A DNA stretch of 26,936 nucleotides from Candidatus Thorarchaeota archaeon (GCA_019057475.1 DXJO01000019.1:1-26936); one strand, 5' to 3'. Numbered from the stretch's first letter, positions 15,354-25,818 are shown. Translations and numbers: made by a program. The notes: generated from the sequence alone by a model not told the origin.

Positions 15354-17381
15354 GTGAAGGTTGACGTTTTCAAAGCAATGACAATCAAGCTGTCCTCCGA
15401 CCTTCCCCCTGACCCAGTCTTTGACCCCCAATACCGAAGGGCTCCGAATCGAGGTCTAGATTTGACTGAAAGGGAAATAGTTGTGGCTCTGAAGAATGCG
15501 CTCCGGTACATCCCTGAGAGTCTGCATGAAACGCTAGCCCCGGAGTTTCTTAAAGAACTGATAACTCGAGGAAGGATCTATGGATACCGCTACCGGCCTC
15601 CAGGTACAATCAAGGCGAAGCCGGTTGACGAGTACAAAGGTATTCTTGAGGCAAGAGCGCTTCAGCTTATGATTGACAACAATTTAGACTTCGATGTAGC
15701 CCTCTACCCCTACGATCTCGTGACCTACGGCGAGAATGGACAGGTCTGTCAGAACTGGATGCAATACAGGTTGATCAAGAAGTACTTGGAAGCAATGACT
15801 GAGGACCAAACATTAGTTGTCAGCTCTGGGCATCCCGTAGGCCTCTTTCCATCGCATAGGAATGCACCTCGTGTGATATCGACCAATGGCCTCATGGTTG
15901 GCATGTTCGACACTCCTCAGGGTTTTCATCGCGCAGCAGCGATGGGGAATACAAATTATGGCCAGATGACGGCTGGTGGCTGGATGTACATTGGTCCTCA
16001 AGGTATCGTTCACGGAACATACATCACACTGTTGAATGCAGGCCGACTATACCTCGACCTACCAGACGATGAGGACTTGCACGGCAAGGTTTTCCTCACA
16101 TCAGGCCTTGGGGGCATGAGTGGAGCACAGCCGAAAGCAGTTGAGCTTGCTGGGGGGATCGGAATAATCGCAGAGGTTGACAAGAGCCGCATAATTACTC
16201 GAAACGAACAGGGGTGGCTCAGCAAACGCTCTGACAACCTGCCTGAGCTCTTTGAATGGGTTGAAGAGTACCGCGCGAAGAAAGAGCCGGTTTCAATTGG
16301 CTACCACGGCAATATTGTTGATCTCTGGCAATACGTTGTGGACAATGCCATCTCCATTGAGCTAGCGTCAGATCAGACCTCTTGTCACGATGTCTATGGT
16401 GGTGGATACACGCCTCAAGGAGTCACGTTCGAGGAGGGCAGAGAGCTTCTCAAGAGTAATCGAAAACGATTCAACGAGCTGGTAGATGCATCCCTCCGCA
16501 AGCAGTTCGAACTCATCTGCACCATGACCGAGCGCGGCACGTACTTCTGGGACTATGGAAACAGCTTCATGAAAGCAGTCTTCGATGCAGGCGAAAAAAC
16601 CATTGCAAAGAATGGCGAAAACACGAATGATGGATTCATCTTCCCTTCATACGTGGAAGACATCATGGGCCCAATTTGCTTCGACTGCGGCTACGGTCCA
16701 TTTCGTTGGGTCTGTCTGAGTGGGTTACACGAGGACTTGATTGCGACCGACAAAGCTGCAATGTCGCAAATAGACCCCACGCGTAGAGGCCAGGATCGTG
16801 ACAATTACATATGGATTCGAGATGCGGAGAAGAACGCCCTAGTAGTTGGTTCTCAAGCCAGAATCCTGTATGCAGATGCGGAGGGGCGGGTCAAAGTAGC
16901 GCTCGAGTTCAACAAGATGGTGAAGGAAGGCAAAGTGGGCCCGATAATGCTAGGTCGTGATCATCACGATACTGGAGGCACCGATTCGCCATTCAGAGAA
17001 ACTGCTAATATTATGGACGGCAGCAATGTCACCAGTGATATGGCTCATCAGTGTTGGGCCGGAAATGCGGCGCGAGGGATGACGCTGTGTGTCCTATCAA
17101 ATGGCGGTGGGGTTGGCACCGGAAAGGCAATCAATGGTGGTTTTGGCTTGGTTCTCGACGGCAGTGACCGTGTAGACAATATAATCCGACTAGCGGTGGA
17201 CTGGGATGCAATGGGTGGAGTCGCGCGTCGTGCTTGGGCAAGAAACGAGAACGCTGTTGAAACAGTGATTGAGTGGAATAGGACTTTAAGCGGCAGAGGG
17301 CAAATCACTCTGCCATTTACTCCCGAAGATGGACTGGTGGAAGGATTCGTTAGAGCGGCGCTTGAAAAAAGGAAGGGATGA
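15354..17381 (+). CDS. hutU: Urocanate hydratase (long form)
   Basis: YGQMTAGGWMYIGPQGIVHGT, GLGGMSGAQ, SDQTSCH and GRDHHD...DSPFRET motifs. Confidence 0.97.
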   Translation: MKVDVFKAMTIKLSSDLPPDPVFDPQYRRAPNRGLDLTEREIVVALKNALRYIPESLHETLAPEFLKELITRGRIYGYRYRPPGTIKAKPVDEYKGILEARALQLMIDNNLDFDVALYPYDLVTYGENGQVCQNWMQYRLIKKYLEAMTEDQTLVVSSGHPVGLFPSHRNAPRVISTNGLMVGMFDTPQGFHRAAAMGNTNYGQMTAGGWMYIGPQGIVHGTYITLLNAGRLYLDLPDDEDLHGKVFLTSGLGGMSGAQPKAVELAGGIGIIAEVDKSRIITRNEQGWLSKRSDNLPELFEWVEEYRAKKEPVSIGYHGNIVDLWQYVVDNAISIELASDQTSCHDVYGGGYTPQGVTFEEGRELLKSNRKRFNELVDASLRKQFELICTMTERGTYFWDYGNSFMKAVFDAGEKTIAKNGENTNDGFIFPSYVEDIMGPICFDCGYGPFRWVCLSGLHEDLIATDKAAMSQIDPTRRGQDRDNYIWIRDAEKNALVVGSQARILYADAEGRVKVALEFNKMVKEGKVGPIMLGRDHHDTGGTDSPFRETANIMDGSNVTSDMAHQCWAGNAARGMTLCVLSNGGGVGTGKAINGGFGLVLDGSDRVDNIIRLAVDWDAMGGVARRAWARNENAVETVIEWNRTLSGRGQITLPFTPEDGLVEGFVRAALEKRKG

Positions 17382-18919
17382 ATACCATGGTTGTTGAGGT
17401 TGATGGCGAGAGCCTGACAATTGAAGACGTGATTCTAGTCGCACGTCATAATGAACAGGCTGAGCTTGCCGAGTCTGCACGCAAGAAAATCCACAAGAGT
17501 CGCAATGTTGTGGAATCCGCGATAAGCGCCGGTCGGACGGTATACGGCGTAAACACTGGCTTCGGCAGTCTTGCCAATGTTTCGATAAGCGCGGATGACG
17601 TGGCTAAGCTCCAAGTGAACATCATCAGGAGTCACAGTGCAGGAGTAGGGCCTCCATTCTCCAAGGAGGTTGTGAGGGCAATTATGCTCTTACGTGCAAA
17701 CGCTCTCGCCAAAGGATACTCGGGCGTTCGGATAGAGATCATAGAGACCCTACTTCAGATGCTCAACCGAGGAGTGATTCCAGTCGTTCCTCAGCAAGGC
17801 TCTGTCGGTGCAAGTGGCGACCTTGCTCCTCTTGCCCACATGGTCTTGGTCATGATGGGTGAAGGTACGGCCTACTATGGTGATGATATGGGCGATGGGA
17901 AGACAGCACTAATGGTGGCTGGCATTGACCCCATTACACTTCAAGCAAAGGAAGGTGTCGCTCTAATCAATGGCACTCAACCAATGACAGCAGTTGGTCT
18001 TCTTGCTATTCATGATGCGATGATGCTTGTCCATGACGCATCCGTAGCAGCTGCTATGAGCCTAGAATCTCTCAAGGGAACCCGTGTGGCCTTTGACGAG
18101 AGAGTTCACGCGGTACGAGCGCATGAGGGGCAACAGGACGTTGCAAAGGCATTGAGGGCGATTCTCAAGGACAGCGAAATCAATCAATCCCATGCGGACT
18201 GCGGCAAGGTTCAGGATGCATATTCGCTGAGGTGTATCCCTCAAATCCTGGGCGCATCACTAGACACCATCAGGTATGTTCGGAGCATTCTGGAAACGGA
18301 AATCAATTCCGCAACTGACAATCCATTGGTTTTTCCAGAGGGTGGCGATATCCTCTCAGGAGGCAATTTTCACGGGCAGCCAATAGCGCTGGCTATGGAC
18401 TTTCTTACGATAGCCCTATCTGAGATTGGCAATGTATCAGAAAGGAGAATCAATAGGCTAGTGGACCCAAAACTCAGTGGCTTGCCCCCATTCCTGACAA
18501 AGGAAAGTGGGCTCGAGTCCGGAATGATGATAGCCCAGTACACAGCGGCCGCACTAGCTTCTGAGAACAAGAGCCTATCTCATCCAGCGAGCGTTGATTC
18601 GATACCGACAAGTGCTGGGCAGGAAGATCACGTTAGTATGGGTACGATTGCAGCACGAAAAGCAATGATGGTCCTTGAGAATGTGAAAAATATCATTGCA
18701 ATCGAATACATGTGTGCAGCACAGGGACTTGATCTCTTATCACCGCTGAAGCCATCCGATTCTCTTGCTAGGGCACACGATGCCATAAGAGAAAGAGTGC
18801 CCGTTCTTGAAGATGATAGGGAGCTCAGTTCTGACATCATGCAAATCCGCGAACTCATGGACTCGGGGGACATCGTGTCTGCCGTCGAGGCGGTCGCAGG
18901 CAGCCTCTTTGATGATTAG
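17378..18919 (+). CDS. hutH: Histidine ammonia-lyase
   Basis: MIO-forming GSVGASGDL, YGVNTGFG, RSHSAG, QDAYSLRC, GGNFHG and QEDHVSMG; ATGA overlap with hutU. Confidence 0.97.
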   Translation: MNTMVVEVDGESLTIEDVILVARHNEQAELAESARKKIHKSRNVVESAISAGRTVYGVNTGFGSLANVSISADDVAKLQVNIIRSHSAGVGPPFSKEVVRAIMLLRANALAKGYSGVRIEIIETLLQMLNRGVIPVVPQQGSVGASGDLAPLAHMVLVMMGEGTAYYGDDMGDGKTALMVAGIDPITLQAKEGVALINGTQPMTAVGLLAIHDAMMLVHDASVAAAMSLESLKGTRVAFDERVHAVRAHEGQQDVAKALRAILKDSEINQSHADCGKVQDAYSLRCIPQILGASLDTIRYVRSILETEINSATDNPLVFPEGGDILSGGNFHGQPIALAMDFLTIALSEIGNVSERRINRLVDPKLSGLPPFLTKESGLESGMMIAQYTAAALASENKSLSHPASVDSIPTSAGQEDHVSMGTIAARKAMMVLENVKNIIAIEYMCAAQGLDLLSPLKPSDSLARAHDAIRERVPVLEDDRELSSDIMQIRELMDSGDIVSAVEAVAGSLFDD

Positions 18920-19018
18920 CTTCTCCGGCATCATGATGGAAATAAGTATGAAAAACACTCCAAAGAAAAGCCAGATTCTCTTCCAAGTATTTTCTGGAAG
19001 TACTTCAAACACCTGATT

Positions 19019-19662
19019 CTATATCTTTGGAAGAAACATCCCAACTTCCTGCCGATACCTGACGTATTCCTCCCCAAACTGTTCAATCAGTACTTCCTCC
19101 TCAGCTTTGGCTGTTGGGTATATCCCAAAAGCAATGCAAAGAGATGGAATGAGTATCCATCCAATGTGAAGAACACCCGCGAGGCCAATCGTAATGAGGA
19201 AGTACGACACATACAGGGGATGTCGGATTACTGCGAAAGGGCCACTTTTGACCAGCTTATGGTCCCCAGCATGCCTGACGTCGAGGGGCGCAGATAATTC
19301 CCTGCAACTATCAGGGTCATATCATATGTCAGGGCACCAACAAAAAATACACAGAACCCCGCAACTTGGATGGCTAGATTATAGGGGGTTGTAAACGCAA
19401 GCCAGCCAAACAAGGTGTCATAGGAGCCCAGAGCCAGAGATAAGATTCCTCCAACCCAAAATCCCCACATGCAAAAGTAGCCAAATACAAACACCTGATA
19501 GAATGGAAATCGGTATTTGGCCTTCTTAGTAGGTTGGCTGGTTCTTCGATTTCTCCTAAACTCAGACCAGTGTCTGATAGATGGAAACATCATAATGACA
19601 ATCGGAATAGCTAGCAAAACTGCTGAGAACGCTGGAGGTAGCATTGCACTCGTGATATTCAT
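19019..19662 (-). pseudogene. Isoprenylcysteine carboxyl methyltransferase / PEMT-family membrane protein with one frameshift
   Basis: Two ORF pieces join via a 1-nt shift in the C4 run at 19264-19267, restoring DHKLVKSGPFAVIRHPLYVSY...AEEEVLIEQFGEEYVRYRQEVGMFLP. Confidence 0.85.
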
Positions 19663-19785
19663 TACACAGCGGTCTAATAAAATCTCAGGCTAACATAACT
19701 TCAATAATCACGACTAGCTTTATTGAGCGGCTTCGGAATCGAAATAGTGCGGATGACTCTTATTGCCTACAGAGCAATAGATCTA

Positions 19786-21063
19786 CTAGGGACCCAGCTT
19801 GGTGTGCACAACTTGACCATTTGCGATGACCGTATGAACAAGATTGACGCCGAACCTCCAAGTCAGGAATTCGGGGCTGGGACACTCGAGAACCAAGATA
19901 TCTGCCCTCTTGCCGGGCTCCAAGCTACCAATCTCATGTCCATTGTCTAAGGCATGTGCCCCGTTTATGGTCGTTGCAGAGATGGCTTCTCTGGCTGTCA
20001 TCTTCATCTTGTAGGTAGCTAGGGCAATTGTGAAGAATAGCGATTCATTTGCACAGTTTGGATTGAAGTCAGTGGCCAGAGCCACGGGAAGTCCCATCTC
20101 TATCATGTGGCGAGCACGAGCATATACAGTGTTTAGACTGAATGCAGTAGCGGGAAGTAAGGTGGCAATTGTACCGGCTTTCAACATGGCTTCAAGCCCC
20201 TCATCCGAAGCCATCAAGAGATGGTCTGCGGAGACCGCGCCGACCTCAGCAGCAAGTTCCGCACCACCCAGTTGTACAATCTCGTCCGCATGCACTTTGA
20301 GTTTCATTCCGGCTTCCTTGGCAGCCAGCAGAATCCTCCGCGATTGCTCAATATCAAAGACTCCTTTCTCACAGAAGACATCACAGAACTCCGCAATCCC
20401 TAGTTCTGTTACAGCAGGTATCATTTCATCGATGACAACGTTTACGTAATCATCTGTCTTTCCCTCGTACTCTGGAGGAACTGCATGAGCCCCTAGGAAT
20501 GTTCTGATGATTCCCATGGGCAAGCGGTCACTGAGGTCTCCCGCAGCTTGAAGCATCTTCACTTCATCATCACGATTTAGCCCGTAGCCGCTCTTGGCCT
20601 CCACAGTTGTAGTTCCGCTAGCAAGCATGCTCTCTCCGTAGGTGAATGCAGCGTGGCATAGATCTTCTCTGCTAGCCTGGCGCGTTGCCTTGAGAGTATT
20701 CAGGATGCCGCCCTCAGCCTCAAGAATCTCCATGTAGGTCTTGCCTGCGAGCTTCATAGCGAAGTCATTCTCGCGAGACCCCCCAAATATCAAGTGTGTG
20801 TGACTGTCGACCAGACCGGGCATGGCGAACATGCCTGGGAATTCAATCGCGGGCAGAACTGGCTCCTCGTCAATTTGGGAGATGACATCCTTGGTGGTGC
20901 CAACAGCCAGTATCGTGCCATCCTTGATAGCAATGGCGCCGTTCTCTATTATGGCTAGGTTTCCAAGATCATCGCCCGTCTTGGGATGGTCGCTGTTTCC
21001 AGCCAATGTGGCCAGCTGACCAATGTGGGTTAGTAGCATATCCGGCTTCATTGTGTGCCACAC
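19786..21063 (-). CDS. hutI: Imidazolonepropionase
   Basis: PGLVDSHTH, EAKSGYGL, DVFCEKG, HADE, ADHL and ATDFNP motifs; the start may be the ATG 4 codons in. Confidence 0.96.
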   Translation of the reverse strand: MWHTMKPDMLLTHIGQLATLAGNSDHPKTGDDLGNLAIIENGAIAIKDGTILAVGTTKDVISQIDEEPVLPAIEFPGMFAMPGLVDSHTHLIFGGSRENDFAMKLAGKTYMEILEAEGGILNTLKATRQASREDLCHAAFTYGESMLASGTTTVEAKSGYGLNRDDEVKMLQAAGDLSDRLPMGIIRTFLGAHAVPPEYEGKTDDYVNVVIDEMIPAVTELGIAEFCDVFCEKGVFDIEQSRRILLAAKEAGMKLKVHADEIVQLGGAELAAEVGAVSADHLLMASDEGLEAMLKAGTIATLLPATAFSLNTVYARARHMIEMGLPVALATDFNPNCANESLFFTIALATYKMKMTAREAISATTINGAHALDNGHEIGSLEPGKRADILVLECPSPEFLTWRFGVNLVHTVIANGQVVHTKLGP

Positions 21064-21177
21064 ATCGGGGGAATGTACGCGGTGCAGAAGTACCTTGCGC
21101 TAGACACAAAGCTTGGTAGTGTATATATGGGAATCCCGTCACTCTCAAGCAAAGCGCATGTGAGGCATTAGTGGAAA

Positions 21178-21759
21178 ATGCAGTACCTCATTCTTTCTTG
21201 GGATGCAATATACAACCTCACGCTGCAGCTATCTGAGCGTGTTGTGAATGACGGATTCAAACCGGACACTATCGTCGGAATCGCTAGGGGTGGATGGATA
21301 CCGGCCCGCATACTGTCAGATGTACTATATGCCAATACTCTGCAGAATATCCGGATTGAGTACTACAGCGATGTAGGTGTGAAAGGAAAAGAACCGATAA
21401 TCACTCAGCCGCTGTCCGGATCTCTTGATGGCAAGACAATTCTCTTGGTTGACGAGGTTGCAGACACTGGTGATAGTCTGGTTCATGCAATTGAGCATGT
21501 GAAGGGCCTTGGTGCGAAGGAAGTTCGAACCGCTGTTCTTCACCTGAAGCCCACCTCTTGCATAACCCCTGACTATTACATGGTGAAGACTGAGAGCTGG
21601 ACAGTCTATCCATGGGAGCATCGTGAGTCTATTATCGCTCTCGTGAATGTATTCAAATCCGAAGACCCATCACTTACCATTCAACAGATTCGAAACCGGC
21701 TAGTGTTCGAAGTTGGCTTTGACCCCACCATTGCTGACTATTTCATCAAGCGTCTATGA
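21178..21759 (+). CDS. Type I (purine) phosphoribosyltransferase
   Basis: GIARGGWIPA, PRPP motif LLVDEVADTGDS and WTVYPWE. Confidence 0.9.
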   Translation: MQYLILSWDAIYNLTLQLSERVVNDGFKPDTIVGIARGGWIPARILSDVLYANTLQNIRIEYYSDVGVKGKEPIITQPLSGSLDGKTILLVDEVADTGDSLVHAIEHVKGLGAKEVRTAVLHLKPTSCITPDYYMVKTESWTVYPWEHRESIIALVNVFKSEDPSLTIQQIRNRLVFEVGFDPTIADYFIKRL

Positions 21760-21786
21760 GCAATTGAACCCCGTCGAGGTGTAACT

Positions 21787-22368
21787 GTGATACTTGAAAC
21801 TGTGGAGTATGAAGACGAAATCCATTGGACGGGCATAGCTGAAATATTCAACTCCTCTCACATGGGGGAAGATGCATTGGTTAAGCTTGCATCTGAGAGA
21901 GAAGAAGGCATCTATGCCATTCAATTCCTTGATTCCTCTCTCGTCGTGAGCGTTGGCCACCTTCTGTCAGCAGTGCAGAATGCAGTAAATGCGTGGAAGG
22001 GTGGCTACATGCTGACAAGAGGGTTAGATGTCGAAGTTCTCGTATATGCTTCTGCACAAAGGCAGATTAATCGCGCAATCGAGAACCTGGGAATACGTGA
22101 CGGTTTGCAGAATATAGCGTTGGTTGTTGTCGGTAGCGACAAAAGGGCTGTTCGTGACGTGATTACGAAGATGGTTAACAAGGTGGGAGACGAGGTCAAG
22201 ACTGCTTTTGTGCCTGATCGAGAACGTCTGGAACGAATCATGCACCATTACGGCGTTAATGAGAAAGAGATCAAGGCATTAACGGACTCGGATGAGATTG
22301 AAATTTGGGCTGAAGCCCTCTCGAAGTGTGTTGTTAGCAGGGTCTCCATAGTTGCTCTCGACACCTAA
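21787..22368 (+). CDS. cgi121: KEOPS complex subunit Cgi121
   Basis: HLLSAVQNA...LDVEVLVYASAQRQINRAIENLG motif. Confidence 0.9.
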   Translation: MILETVEYEDEIHWTGIAEIFNSSHMGEDALVKLASEREEGIYAIQFLDSSLVVSVGHLLSAVQNAVNAWKGGYMLTRGLDVEVLVYASAQRQINRAIENLGIRDGLQNIALVVVGSDKRAVRDVITKMVNKVGDEVKTAFVPDRERLERIMHHYGVNEKEIKALTDSDEIEIWAEALSKCVVSRVSIVALDT

Positions 22369-22371
22369 GTT

Positions 22372-22908
22372 CTAGTATTGATCGTCGCGCATAGTCATAA
22401 TCGATAGGATGTCCTCGTCAGGGATTAGAACAGACAAACCTGTCATCTCACTGACAATCTCAATCCACACAATCCTATCAGGATTATCAAGATTCACCTT
22501 TCTTGGGATGACAGATGCTACTGCTTCGACAACCTGCATGTTCTCAAGCTCTGTGTGTCGCCTTCTTACGGTGACTCTGAACGTTTCATCCTCACCAATC
22601 TTCTGGAGAAGGGTTTCCGCGGCCTTGACGATGCTCTCGATATCAGAAGGAACGCATAGTTCAAGCGGTGTGAATCTAATGGCAAAGCGAAACTGGTATG
22701 CGTTCTCAATTGCATACTCTCTTAGTTTATGGACGACATCAAATGGGTCAAGCCCAGTCCAACAAGTCAGGATTCCTGAAATACGAGTCATTGACACTCG
22801 CAATGCGTCATCTTCAATTAAGTCCCCAACGAAATACTGAACCTCCGACCTCGCCGCTTTCTCGCGGTTCCTAGGACATCCTACAAGTAGATTGAATTCG
22901 TGCAGCAC
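22372..22908 (-). CDS. THUMP-domain RNA-binding protein (Tan1-like)
   Basis: FNLLV...ETFRVTVRRR...KVNLDNPDRIVWIEI; likely GTG start at 22908, just after the sua5 stop. Confidence 0.85.
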   Translation of the reverse strand: MLHEFNLLVGCPRNREKAARSEVQYFVGDLIEDDALRVSMTRISGILTCWTGLDPFDVVHKLREYAIENAYQFRFAIRFTPLELCVPSDIESIVKAAETLLQKIGEDETFRVTVRRRHTELENMQVVEAVASVIPRKVNLDNPDRIVWIEIVSEMTGLSVLIPDEDILSIMTMRDDQY

Positions 22909-22915
22909 ACTCGCC

Positions 22916-23650
22916 TCACTTGTCTGCGAAGATGATTCTGGTGGTCCAGAATCGGAGGGCATCCGAATCTACTTTCAGACTCTCAACAAGTTTACCCATG
23001 GTTAATGCCCCTTCGCGGATTACCTTGATGCTTGCTCCCTCCACATCATTCTCTTCAACTCTTACAATAGTGGAGTTCGCTTCAGACTTCGATGGTCCCG
23101 CATCAATGTATAGGTCCACTTCGTCACCAAGCTGGTCCTTGGCTACTGTGAATTTAAATGGGCTTGGTTTACCACTTCGATTCGCACTTGTTCCCACAAT
23201 TGGTCCCTTAATTCCTTGAGCAATCCCTCGGGGGATGATATGATTTGGGACTCTAACAGCTATGGAGCCACGTCCTCCCGTGATAGTTTCCGGAATCGAA
23301 CCCTGTGGAGTGACGATTAGCGTAAGGGCTCCAGGCCAGAACAGTCTTGTCAGCACTCTCTCAAAATTGCTAAACTCGTGGTACGTTTCGCATTGCGCGA
23401 TGTCCGAGAACAGCAGAGGAACTCCGAGACTCCTGTTTCGTCGTTTGACGTTGATGAGCTTTTCAACAGCGGCTTGATTTCTTGAATCACAGGCCAAACC
23501 ATAGCTAGTATCTGTTGGGCAGACAATCAGTCCCCCATCCTTAATTACCTCTATGGCTCGACTTATGATGTCTTGATAGTTCTCCTCTTTGGCTACCACA
23601 GTTTCAGCTGTCAACGGAGTGACCTGATACATTCCCCTGCAAACACACAT
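22916..23650 (-). CDS. sua5: Threonylcarbamoyl-AMP synthase (Sua5/TsaC/YrdC, short form)
   Basis: PTDTSYGL, KRR, FWPGALT, AVRVP, TSANRSG, STIV and IREG motifs; the true start is probably a few codons downstream. Confidence 0.92.
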   Translation of the reverse strand: MCVCRGMYQVTPLTAETVVAKEENYQDIISRAIEVIKDGGLIVCPTDTSYGLACDSRNQAAVEKLINVKRRNRSLGVPLLFSDIAQCETYHEFSNFERVLTRLFWPGALTLIVTPQGSIPETITGGRGSIAVRVPNHIIPRGIAQGIKGPIVGTSANRSGKPSPFKFTVAKDQLGDEVDLYIDAGPSKSEANSTIVRVEENDVEGASIKVIREGALTMGKLVESLKVDSDALRFWTTRIIFADK

Positions 23651-23726
23651 ATGAATGACCCGTAATCAAATGCCCATACCAAAGAGCACACTTTGCTGAT
23701 GTAGTGGAGGGATACAAATCCGCGCG

Positions 23727-24743
23727 GTGATACTGGCTGCAGGCAAAGGGGAACGAATGTCCCCACTTACAGATGGAATGCAGAAGGCGTTGATATCGTG
23801 TGTTGGCATGACGTTGATTGATCGACTTGTGTCTGTGCTGAGGGCTGAAGGAATAGAGAACTTCAGCATTGGCGTTGGCTGGAAAGGAACCGAGATGGAG
23901 CGCCACTTCGATAATCACCCTGAAAGAGACCGGATTGACATAGTTCATGTTCCCGAATACGAACGTGGTCCATTGCAGACCCTTGTAACGGTTCTTGATG
24001 TGGTCCGCGATGAACAGTTCATTGTATGCCCTGCCGACTTATTCGTTGAAGAGGGAATAGTTTCCCTTACAATGTCAGAACATGTCACTGACAATCCCCC
24101 AAGGGCTGCTTCCCTTGCAGTGGACAAATCAGGCAGAGTCGGAGCTCCTGTCTACGTGAAGGATGCTGGTTTAGTTGCAGGTGTAGGACGCGCTATTCAG
24201 GGTTGTTCAGAATCTGGGCGTTCAGCCATGGTATTGGCAGTCAACAGGTGCTTCATCGACTACTGCAGAGAAGCACTTGGCTCTGGTGAGAGAAGAGTGG
24301 TCGATGCTCTGAATTTGGCAATTGGCAAAGGAGAGGCCATCTGTCAAGTCGATGTTGCCGGACGATGGTTCGACGTTGATGATATCGCGAGTCTTCTGGA
24401 GGTCAATGAGTACCTCCTCAGGTTTTCTATACCCGAAATCAATGGGTCTGTGTTTGTTCCCGCAGGGGATACCATGGACATTGGAGAAACTATAACTCTA
24501 CCATCTGGCATTGTTCTGGAGTCCGGCGTCCAGATTATTGGACCCTCCTTCATAGCCCCCGGATGTAAGGTCGGTTCGCACTGTGTGATTGGTCCTGTTG
24601 TGAGCTTGGAAATGAAAACAATGGTGAAATCCAACTCCAATGTGCGGGAGTCCCTACTCCTAGGGGGGTCGCAAATAAGAACGGGCACCAATCTGACGGG
24701 CTCTGTAGTACATGGCAGCGATGTGTTTCAGAAGGGAAAATGA
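23727..24743 (+). CDS. Sugar-phosphate nucleotidyltransferase with C-terminal left-handed beta-helix
   Basis: ILAAGKGERMSPLT...K motif, WFDVD and hexapeptide repeats (IIGPSFIAPGCKVGSHCVIGP). Confidence 0.85.
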   Translation: MILAAGKGERMSPLTDGMQKALISCVGMTLIDRLVSVLRAEGIENFSIGVGWKGTEMERHFDNHPERDRIDIVHVPEYERGPLQTLVTVLDVVRDEQFIVCPADLFVEEGIVSLTMSEHVTDNPPRAASLAVDKSGRVGAPVYVKDAGLVAGVGRAIQGCSESGRSAMVLAVNRCFIDYCREALGSGERRVVDALNLAIGKGEAICQVDVAGRWFDVDDIASLLEVNEYLLRFSIPEINGSVFVPAGDTMDIGETITLPSGIVLESGVQIIGPSFIAPGCKVGSHCVIGPVVSLEMKTMVKSNSNVRESLLLGGSQIRTGTNLTGSVVHGSDVFQKGK

Positions 24744-24744
24744 G

Positions 24745-25356
24745 ATGTCACCAAGCAAGTACAGGGTAAGGCGAATCTTCATGTGGCTTATGCAGCCCAT
24801 TGGCGAGCGGCTAGCTAGCGCAGGCGTTCGACCTGACACAGTGACGTACGTTTCACTTCAGCTTGCACTACTTGGCTTCGTGTTATTCTTTCTCACTCTA
24901 AACCAGTGGCTGTATGCTTTCTTTGTTTTCCTAGTGGGCCTCCTTGATGGTGTCGACGGAGTAGTGGCAAGAGCGGCCGGTCGCTCAACTCCAATGGGCG
25001 CCTTCACTGACTCCATCATCGATAAGGTGTCCGAGATCATACTCTTGTTGGCTTTGATCCTTGGTTTTCCTGACCAAGCTGTGCTGGGAGTAGATATCCC
25101 GATCTGGGGAATGCTGTGCGTGTCCGGCTGGCTACTTACGAGTTACTCACGTTCCCGGGCGGAAGCCCTAGGAGTCAAGGATTTGGATGTGGGTCTTGGA
25201 GGAAGGTCCGAGCGCCTTTTCACTCTAATTATCTTCTCATTGTTTTTCCAGGTACTCTGGGGACTAGTAGTCGTCACGTTCATGGGTGTATTGACGGCTG
25301 CGTATCGCTTCTACCATTACAAGAGAGAACTCACAGATTCGTACCATCAGATTTAA
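24745..25356 (+). CDS. CDP-alcohol phosphatidyltransferase (archaetidylinositol-phosphate synthase-like)
   Basis: DGVDGVVARAAG...GAFTDSIID signature, SYSRSRAE, GRSER and transmembrane helices. Confidence 0.9.
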   Translation: MSPSKYRVRRIFMWLMQPIGERLASAGVRPDTVTYVSLQLALLGFVLFFLTLNQWLYAFFVFLVGLLDGVDGVVARAAGRSTPMGAFTDSIIDKVSEIILLLALILGFPDQAVLGVDIPIWGMLCVSGWLLTSYSRSRAEALGVKDLDVGLGGRSERLFTLIIFSLFFQVLWGLVVVTFMGVLTAAYRFYHYKRELTDSYHQI

Positions 25357-25395
25357 GTGATGTTTGGAATAGGCCGCTAGCGGAGAGCATCACAA

Positions 25396-25812
25396 ATGGC
25401 TAAGTTCAGAGCTGATCATTATCTACTTGCAGAGTTTGAGAAACCAGACAGAACGAAGGATGGTCAGAGGATTCTAGAGGCACTCAAAGAGATATCAGAA
25501 CTCAAGGACCTCGCAATAGTGTCCAAGAGACTTGAGGGCAAAAGTTGGCAGGAGATCCTTGGTAGAATAGACATCCCCGCCGGCTCGAAAGCATTTTGGG
25601 CAATGGTGAAGAACGATGTCACTGAACGTGAGCCTTACAACCTGTTAATCCGCCTAGATGTGAATGGTGAGGGAGCAGATATCGAGGACGCCCGAGCCAA
25701 AGTGAAGTCCTGGGTGGAGAACGCATTTATTCCTCGAATCAAGTCTAAGGTCCCTGTGAAGACAATCAATGTCCTTCAAGCCAATGAGATCTATATGCCA
25801 GACTTGGCGTGA
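25396..25812 (+). CDS. Hypothetical protein
   Basis: 138-aa ORF with a GGAG RBS that fills the gap between neighbours; no motif recognised. Confidence 0.65.
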   Translation: MAKFRADHYLLAEFEKPDRTKDGQRILEALKEISELKDLAIVSKRLEGKSWQEILGRIDIPAGSKAFWAMVKNDVTEREPYNLLIRLDVNGEGADIEDARAKVKSWVENAFIPRIKSKVPVKTINVLQANEIYMPDLA

Positions 25813-25818
25813 AGCATC

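Noticed and set aside
18740-19012. 90-aa minus-strand ORF with a hydrophobic N-terminus
   Set aside because: Two-thirds overlaps hutH in antisense and no family was recognised; at most a gene remnant.
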